DNA of 64,000 bases from Macrostomum lignano (Eukaryota), in NCBI GenBank assembly GCA_002269645.1, contig NIVC01000012.1:1054001-1118000 (forward strand), written 5' to 3'. Within the stretch, counting starts at the first letter, position 1; each line of letters starts with the position of its first letter. The notes under the pieces are model-generated. The model saw nothing but the letters and a program-made list of their open reading frames with translations. It ran no database searches and was not told the DNA's origin. Position numbers and translations under genes: made by a program. Positions 55,901 to 64,000 of the stretch are shown piece by piece.

Positions 55901-56853
55901 TACAAGGGCTATCCCAAAGGTAGTATTACTTTTTATTATATTATCTCTTATTCTGATAATCCAAATAATATCATTTTGTTCGTAACTTTTGTTTCAATTG
56001 GCTAGTTTTAAGGTTGTTCAATTTAATATAAAGAAGAGAATTGCTGTTATAAGTTTATGCAAAATCGTTTTCACAAAATAGATCATTAGAATGAGAAATA
56101 TAATAAAAATACTACTTTTGGGACAGTCTGCAATTTTCATAGCTAATATTAATAAGCCATGCTTAGGAAAATATAGATATAGCCTATGACCAACATGCTA
56201 GAATTTTCTAGCATAATTTTCTTAGAACTTTTTTGCCTAGCAGACATATTGCTTTTAGCATTTTAGCATGCAAATAAAATCTTCTGTTTGAATGACTTTT
56301 TTAAGAACTTTGATCCAAAGAATGTTTTTTGATCATTCTGGCATGCAATTTTTATTGTGTCTATTGGTGTGCAATTAGCCATTGCCAAAAATTCTTTCTA
56401 GTATATAACAACCACCTTTCTAAGTATAGCTAGTATAGTTAAAGATTATAGCATGGTAATAATTACGTTGATAATAGTCAGATTGGTGGTAATTGCTTTG
56501 GGGTCATCCATTTTTGTGATATGCTTTTGGTGCCAAATTGTGTGACTAACTATTACCAAAATAGAGTTTAAATAGGATTTTGGGTTTTGATAGAATAAAT
56601 ATAAAATAGAAAGAAAAAAGACAGAGAAAAAGTTTAATATATAATGGATAATGGATTTCATTAGAATGATATCAAGCTAGAATATGTCATCTCATGTTAA
56701 AAAATGAACCAAATGGAAAGTTCTAGTATAAAATGACATTATAAAATGCTTGAAACTTTTGTGGGATATTGGAATAAAAAAATAAAGGATAAAAAAGCTG
56801 AAAAGTGACATTAGGAATAGAAATTGGTTAGTAAAAGTTTTTTGAGTAATGAG

Positions 56854-57015
56854 CATACATGCGCAACTTTGGAAATCACCCAGCCATTTCTATTGGCAAC
56901 ACACACATGTAAGTCGCTATTGGCTGAGACAGTCACGTGACTACTATTCCGTCCAGTAGCGACTTACATGTGTGTGTTGCCAATAGAAACGGCCGAGTGA
57001 ATCCCAAGGTTGCGC
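56854..57015. mobile_element. Hairpin MITE immediately upstream of TOP2
   Basis: CATACATGCGCAAC end as at 23.2 kb; inner 37-bp inverted repeat 56883-56919 / 56957-56993 with 1 mismatch. Confidence 0.7.
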
Positions 57016-57172
57016 CCAAGCATGGTAATGAGACCAGTTTTTTCTTAGAATAGGCATTCAGACTGTCATTTTATAGCACTAAAACCTTTTAAATACCTTA
57101 TGCTGTGAATATGGCAAGGGAAAGCATGTTATATTTGACTAGTAGATATATATTTCATTTCATGCAGCAAAA

Positions 57173-60100
57173 ATGAGCAGCGAAACAGACAATCTTGGCC
57201 CGCTGGCTTCGCCACTTAGCGATGCAGCCAATCGGTTTGGTGGCGGCAGCGGCAAGCAGCGAATGTCAGTGGAAAAAATCTACCAGAAGAAGACTCAATT
57301 GGAGCACATATTGCTCCGGCCGGACACCTATATTGGCTCAGTAGAAAGTGTCCGCCAGAACATGTGGGTCTACGATTCCACCGCTAAACGCATGATTGAA
57401 CGCGAGATCACGTTCGTGCCTGGCCTCTATAAAATCTTCGACGAAGTGCTGGTCAATGCGGCGGATAATAAACAGCGCGATCCCGGCATGTCCTGCATTC
57501 GCATCACCATCAGCAAGGAGGACAATCTCATCGAAGTGTGGAACAATGGCAAAGGCATCCCAGTAGTTGAGCACAAGAAAGAGAAGCTCTATGTTCCAAC
57601 GCTAATCTTTGGTCACTTATTGACGTCTAGCAATTTTAATGATAGCGAGAAGAAAACTACGGGAGGTCGAAACGGCTACGGAGCGAAACTGTGCAACGTC
57701 TACAGTCGCCAATTCACTGTTGAGACCTCGTGCAAAGAGTCCGGGAAACGGTTCCAACAGACTTGGACTGACAATATGGGCAAAGCTGGCGAAGCTAAGA
57801 TTATGAAAAATGGCGCCGAAGATTATACTAAGGTAGGTTAATCCACCTGACAAATTTATGGCCTTTGATAAGCATTTTCTGCTCTCTGGATAATCTCCGT
57901 TCAAATTCTCACATGTATCTGGATTAATCCTTAATCAAATTCTCACCGATAGCTGGATAATCTCCCTTCAAAGTCTCACAGATATCAGGATAATCTCTCT
58001 TCAAAGTCTCACAGATATCAGGATAATCTCCCTTCAAAGTCTCACAGATATCAGGATAATCTCCCTTCAAAGTCTCACAGATATCAGGATAATCTCCCTT
58101 CAAAGTCTCACAGATATCAGGATAATCTCTCTTCAAAGTCTCAGATATCTGAATAAGTTTCATTTGAAAGTCTATTTTTTAAGTTTCGATAATAATCCAT
58201 TCTAAGTCTTACTAATGTTTCGATAATCTCACTGAATAGTCACACATAATCTCATGAGTCTCTTTTCAAAGTCCCTTGAAAGTTTCAGTAGCCTGTTTAA
58301 GACGATACCGTGATAATAATCACTAAAGAATCATTGCAAACAACTCACTAGTGAATCCATATCGAGGCTGGGGCGAATTTTGTGACTTTTAAGCGACTGA
58401 AACGACAACGACTGTAATGGCGACTGTTGAGTCGCTAAAAAGGGACTTCAAAGTCAAGTTCAGGCGCTTAACTTTCTACTAACTTCAAGTAGACTAAATA
58501 GAGTTTTAAAAATGCAAAATTTGATTCCAATTTATAAAGTGATGCAGATGCGCTTTAGACGCCACTCAGCGATTCTACAGCGACTCTAGCGCGACCCAGA
58601 TATGACTCTACGGCCGCAGACGCCTCAAACTGATTCTTAGGCGACTTATAAAGTCACTTCTTTTCCATTTTTACCTGTGTTACCCGCAACGACTATGGAG
58701 CGACGCAAGTGGCTCAATGACGCTTCTTAGCTAAGGCACCGTTTGCATCGGATAGTCTCTTAATCTCCTGTAGTTTATTGATGATCTCCTATTGATCGCA
58801 AATTATGAAGGTATTAAACAATGCCCGTTGTCAGTCAAATTAATCAGTTATATCGCAATCTTTGCAGGTGAGCTTCAAGCCGGACCTCACGAAATTCGGC
58901 ATGACCGAACTGGATGACGACACGATCGCCTTGTTCAGCCGTCGGGCTTTCGACATTGCCGGCACTTGCAGCGGCGTTCGAGTGTTTCTCAACGGCGAGA
59001 AACTGCCGGTCACTTCGTTTAAGGACTATTACAGATTGTACCTCACAGAGAAGGAGGACAAAGAGGTGGCTATTATTAAAAGTGGCCGATGGGAGCTGGC
59101 TGTTTGTCTGAGCAACGACGGATTTAAGCAGGTAAAGTTTTGAGCATTAATACTAAGTAATGTAATTTAGTTGTGATTTGTGATTAGGGGCACCCTAATT
59201 ATCACCCGAGGATGAGGTGAGTACGCTACTTTAATTAGGGTAATTATCACCTCTGAGCATGAGGTGGGTAGGCCTCTATTAATTAGCTAATTATCACCTC
59301 TAAGCTTGAGTTGGTTGCGCCACTCTAATTAGAGTAATTATTACCTGTGAGCGTGAGATGGTTGCGCTACTCTAATTAGGGTAATTATCACCTCTGAGCG
59401 TGAGGTGGGTAGGCCTCTAATTGGCTAATTATCACCTCTGAGCTTGAGGTGGTTGCGCCACTTTAATTAGGGTAATTATTACCTGTGAGTGTTAGGTGGT
59501 TGCGCTACTCTAATTAGGTTTTAATTATCACCTCTGAGCGTGAGGTGAGTGCGCCGCTTTAATTAGGGTAATTATCACCTCTGAGCGTGAGGTGAGTGCG
59601 CCGCTTTAATTAGGGTAATTATCACCTCTGAGCGTCAGGTGAGTGCGCCGCTTTAATTAGGGTAATTATTACCTCTGAGCGTGAGGTGGGTGCGCGCCTC
59701 TCTAATTAATAATTACTTCTGGCCAAGTGGAAGATGGTTGCACCTGTTTAATTCAATATTAATTATCGCCTTTAGGATGTTATTATTACACGGTAAATTA
59801 TGCTGCTGGCTACTGGGCACAGGTACGCAGTGTACATCCATTCAGAGTTTTTTCGTTGAGATTCACGCGCGAGTTCACAATTCACAGAATCGAACCCGGG
59901 ACTTTAGCGCAAAATTTTCTAAAATAAGAAAATAAATTTCGATACATATCGGAGATCCACTTATATTTGAAACCTTCAACTTCTCCACAGGTCAGCTTTG
60001 TGAACTCAATCGCCACCACCAAAGGCGGCCGTCACGTTGACTTTGTCTGCGACCTGCTGCTCAAACGCCTTGTCGACGCAATCGACGGCAAGTGCAAAGC

Positions 60101-63100
60101 CGACAAGAAGAATCTGAAAGGCTCCATCAAGCCGGCATTTGTGAAAAATCACCTGTGGATCTTCTGCAACTGTCTAATTGAGAATCCCAGCTTCGACTCG
60201 CAAACTAAAGAGTTCATGACTTTGCAAGCGAAGAAATTTGGCAGCGCGCCAGAATTGGACGACAAATTCTTTAAGAAGCTTCTGTCCGAAGACTGCGGTA
60301 TTGTCCGGTGCGTCCTTGAGTACGCCGACTTCAAGACCAACAAAGCTCTGAATCAGCGAACCAAAGCCAGTAAGAAGACGTTCCACGAGAAACTCGACCA
60401 TGCTAACAATGCTGGCAAAGGCGAGTGCGTTCTGATCCTGACTGAGGGCGATTCGGCCAAGTCCCTGGCTGTGGCCGGTGCCAGCTCCCTGCCGGACGGC
60501 CGAGACAGGTTCGGCGTGTTCCCGCTGAAAGGTAAACTATTGAATGTTCGCGAGGCTAGCAAGGACCAGCTAATGAATAACAAGGAGATCAAAGTTATTC
60601 AGGACGCTGTGAACTTGCAGTACGGCAAAAAGTACAACACAGTGGAAGATTTGAAGTCGCTCAGGTATCGGCATATTATGATCATGACCGATCAGGACCA
60701 GGACGGCTCGCATATCAAAGGACTCATCATTAACTTTATTCACTTCTTCTGGCCCGAGCTGCTGCGTCACGACTTCTTGCAGGTGAGTAGTTTGACTCAT
60801 TCAGTATTGAACCGCATTTACACTCGCTTAGAAATAGCCCTTAAATCCAACCTGGCAATGGCCCTAATCTGTCTTAGGAATCATCCCTAATCCATCCTTT
60901 AGTATCTTCCCTAATCCACTCCGAGAATCGTCACTAATCCACCCTGAGAATCGCCACTAATCCACCCCGAGAATCGCCACTAATCCACCCTGAGAATCGC
61001 CATTAATCCACCCTGAGAATCGCTCTAAATCCACTCTGAGAATCGCCCAAAATCCACTTTGAGAATCGCCCTAAATCCACTCTGAGAATCGCCCTAAATC
61101 CACTTTGAGAATCGCCCTAAATCCACTCTGAGAATCGCCCCAAATCCACCCTGAGAATCGCCCCCAATCCACCCTGAGAATCGCCCCAAATCCACCTTGA
61201 GAATCGCCCCAAATCCACCCTGAGAATCGCCCCAAATCCACCCTGAGAATCGCCCCAAATCCACCCTGAGAATCGCCCTAAATCCACCCTGAGAATCGCC
61301 CCTAATCCACCCTGAGAATCTCCCTAAATCCACCCTGAGAATCGCCCTAAATCCACCCTGAGAATCGCCCTAAATCCACCCTGAGAATCGCCCTAAATCC
61401 GTATTACTGTCTCAAGAATTGCCAACCCACACGGTAAAGCCTATCAATAACCATGGCAACCCCTGCAGGAGTTCATCACGCCAATCGTGAAGGTGACCAA
61501 GCGCGACCAGGTGAAAGCATTCTATTCCATGCCGGAATTTGACGAATGGCGCGGCCAGACGCCCGACTGGCACAAGTGGCACGTGAAATACTACAAAGGT
61601 TTGGGCACCTCGACGGCTAAAGAGGGCCGCGAATATTTTCGCGACATGCGTCGGCACTGCGTCCGATTTATACGACGCGATCAGACCGACGAGGAGTCGA
61701 TTCTGATGGCATTCGGCAAGAACGCCGACATGCGAAAAGACTGGCTGTTGAAGTTCATGGACGATCGGAAGCGCAGGGCCGACCTTGGCCTGCCCGAGGC
61801 CTACCTGTACGAGAAGACAACCAGAGAGATTAGCTACAACGATTTCGTGCACAAGGAGCTGGTGCTATTCTCAAATGCCGATAATGAGCGATCCATTCCG
61901 TCTCTGGTTGACGGACTGAAGCCTGGACAGCGGAAGGTCATGTACACCTGTTTTAAGCGCAATCTGCTCAAGGAGATTAAGGTGAGATCCTATATACTAA
62001 AAATGATCCTATCGAAATAGACAGGTAGATATGGTCACTAAGACAGGTAGATACAGACACTAAAACAGGTAGATATGGTCACTAAGACAGGTAGATATGG
62101 TCACTAAGACAGGTAGATATAAACACTAAGACAGGTAGATATGGTCACTAAAACAGGTAGATATGGTCACTAAGACAGGTAGATACAGACACTGAGACAG
62201 GTAGATATAGACACTAAGACAGGTAGATATGGTCACTAAGACAGGTAGATACAGACACTGAGACAGGTAGATATAGACACTAAGACAGGTAGATATGGTC
62301 ACTAAGACAGGTAGATACAGACACTAAAACAGGTAGATATGGTCACTAAGACAGGTAGATATGGTCACTAAGACAGGTAGATATAAACACTAAGACAGGT
62401 AGATATGGTCACTAAGACAGGTAGATACAGACACTGAGACAGGTAGATATAGACACTAAGACAGGTAGATATGGTCACTAAGACAGGTAGATATGGTCAC
62501 TAAGACAGGTAGATATGGTCACTAAGACAGGTAGATATGGTCACTAAGACAGGTAGATACAGACACTAAGACAGGTAGATACAGAAGACAGGTAGATACA
62601 GACACTAAGACAGGTAGATATGGTCACTAAGACAGGTAGATACAGACACTGAGACAGGTAGATATGGTCACTAAGACAGGTAGATATAGACACTAAGACA
62701 GGTAGATATGGTCACTAAAACAGGTAGATATGGTCACTAAGACAGGTAGATATGGTCACTAAGACAGGTAGATACAGACACTAAGACAGGTAGATACAGA
62801 AGACAGGTAGATACAGACTGTAAGACAGGTAGATACAGACACTAAGACAGGTAGATATGGTCACTAAGACAGGTAGATATGGTCACTAAGACAGGTAGAT
62901 ACAGACACTGAGACAGGTAGATACAGACACTGAGACAGGTAGATACAGACACTGAGACAGGTAGATACAGACACTGAGACAGGTAGATACAGACACTGAG
63001 ACAGGTAGATATGGTCACTAAGACAGGTAGATATAGACACTAAGACAGGTAGATATGGACACTAAGACAGGTAGATACAGACACTAAGCAAGGTAGATAC

Positions 63101-63481
63101 AGACACTAAGACAGGTAGATGTGGTCACTAAGACAGGTAGATATGGAAAATAAGATGTTTGCTATATCCCATTCGTTACACAACCCGCCAGGTGGCTCAA
63201 CTAGCTGGCTCAGTGTCGGAGATCTCGGCCTATCACCACGGCGAAGCCTCTCTAGTGGGCACCATCATCAATTTAGCGCAGGACTTTGTCGGCTCCAACA
63301 ATCTCAACCTGCTGATGCCGAACGGTCAGTTCGGCTCGCGTCTCCAGGGTGGCAAAGATGCTGCCGCGGCTCGTTATATCCACACCTGCCTGTCGCCTTT
63401 GGCTAGGATTATTTTTAATCCGAATGACGAACCGATGCTCGAGTACAATGTGGACGATAATCAACGGGTTGAGCCCGTCTG
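57173..63481 (+). CDS. TOP2: DNA topoisomerase II, 3'-partial; join(57173..57832,58868..59131,59991..60782,61469..61981,63192..63481), continues beyond window
   Basis: IYQKKTQLEHILLRPDTYIGS, GGRNGYGAKLCN, TEGDSA, PLKGKLLNV, DQDQDGSHIKGL, YYKGLGTS, DGLKPGQRK, YHHGEASL, AAARYI (catalytic Tyr); introns GT-AG, phases 0,0,0,0,2. Confidence 0.96.
57950..58150. repeat. 33-bp minisatellite in TOP2 intron 1
   Basis: (GGATAATCTCCCTTCAAAGTCTCACAGATATCA)n, ~6 units. Confidence 0.9.
59190..59710. repeat. ~47-bp minisatellite in TOP2 intron 2
   Basis: (TAATTAGGGTAATTATCACCTCTGAGCGTGAGGTGAGTGCGCCGCTT)n, ~11 degenerate units. Confidence 0.9.
59800..59910 (-). mobile_element. Possible tRNA-derived SINE fragment
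   Basis: Reverse strand CCCGGGTTCGATTC (B-box-like) followed by a TGTACACTG..CTGTGCC body. Confidence 0.4.
60930..61400. repeat. 23-bp minisatellite in TOP2 intron 3
   Basis: (AATCCACCCTGAGAATCGCCCTA)n. Confidence 0.92.
62018..63145. repeat. 22-bp minisatellite in TOP2 intron 4
   Basis: (AGACAGGTAGATATGGTCACTA / AGACAGGTAGATACAGACACTA)n, ~50 units. Confidence 0.95.
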
Positions 63482-63629
63482 GTAAGCTCCTTGGATAGAT
63501 GCGTTTGCAGTTGGAATCTACTTTAAAACAATATTATAATAGGTTAACATCCAGAAATAGAAATAAGGTTTAAAACAAACAATCCTTCTTCACTTTATTA
63601 ATTGATTTTAGAAGCACTCTAGCAACAAG

Positions 63630-64000
63630 TTTAGCACCCTAGTAGCAATGTTATTAGCGCCCTAGCAACAAGATTATTAGCGCCCTAGTAGCAATGTTAA
63701 TAGCGCCCTAGCAACAAGGTTATTAGCGCCCTAGTAGCAATGTTATTAGCGCCCTAGCAACAAGGTTATTAGCGCCCTAGTAGCAATGTTTTTAGCGCCC
63801 TAGCAACAAGGTTATTAGCGCCCTAGCAACAAGGTTTTTAGCGCCCTAGTAGCAATGTTATTAGCGCCCTAGCAACAAGGTTTTTAGCGCCCTAGCAACA
63901 AGGTTATTAGCGCCCTAGCAACAAGGTTTTTAGCGCCCTAGCAACAAGGTTATTAGCGTCCTAGCAACAAGGTTATTAGCGCCCTAGCAACAATGTTATT
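63630..64000. repeat. 23-bp minisatellite in TOP2 intron 5
   Basis: (TTATTAGCGCCCTAGCAACAAGG)n, truncated by window end. Confidence 0.92.

Overview
Animal (eukaryotic) genomic DNA with GT-AG introns, AT-rich intergenic tracts and a very high density of distinct minisatellites; the style suggests a free-living flatworm such as Macrostomum (inference only). Genes reconstructed by reading splice sites and phases by hand: three tandem minus-strand paralogues of an unrecognised type-I membrane protein (Cys-rich ectodomain, partial LDLa module, TM, PY-motif tail; 7.5-15.4 kb); MTMR14-like phosphatase (4 exons); frataxin (2 exons); a non-alpha nicotinic acetylcholine receptor subunit (6 exons found, 5' exons not found); two inverted copies plus one broken paralogue of a small secreted prepro-peptide ending in a cationic, probably amidated peptide (45.6-48.5 kb); and the first 5 exons of topoisomerase II. 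Mobile DNA: P-superfamily-like non-autonomous elements with TIRs and 8-bp TSDs, a P transposase remnant, several MITEs, tRNA-derived SINEs, a decayed Ty3/Gypsy and a Tc1/IS630-like HTH fragment. Best leads: the peptide precursor family, the receptor-like gene cluster, minisatellites built from splice-junction sequence, and signs of spliced-leader trans-splicing. Repeat boundaries are approximate; exon boundaries were counted by hand.
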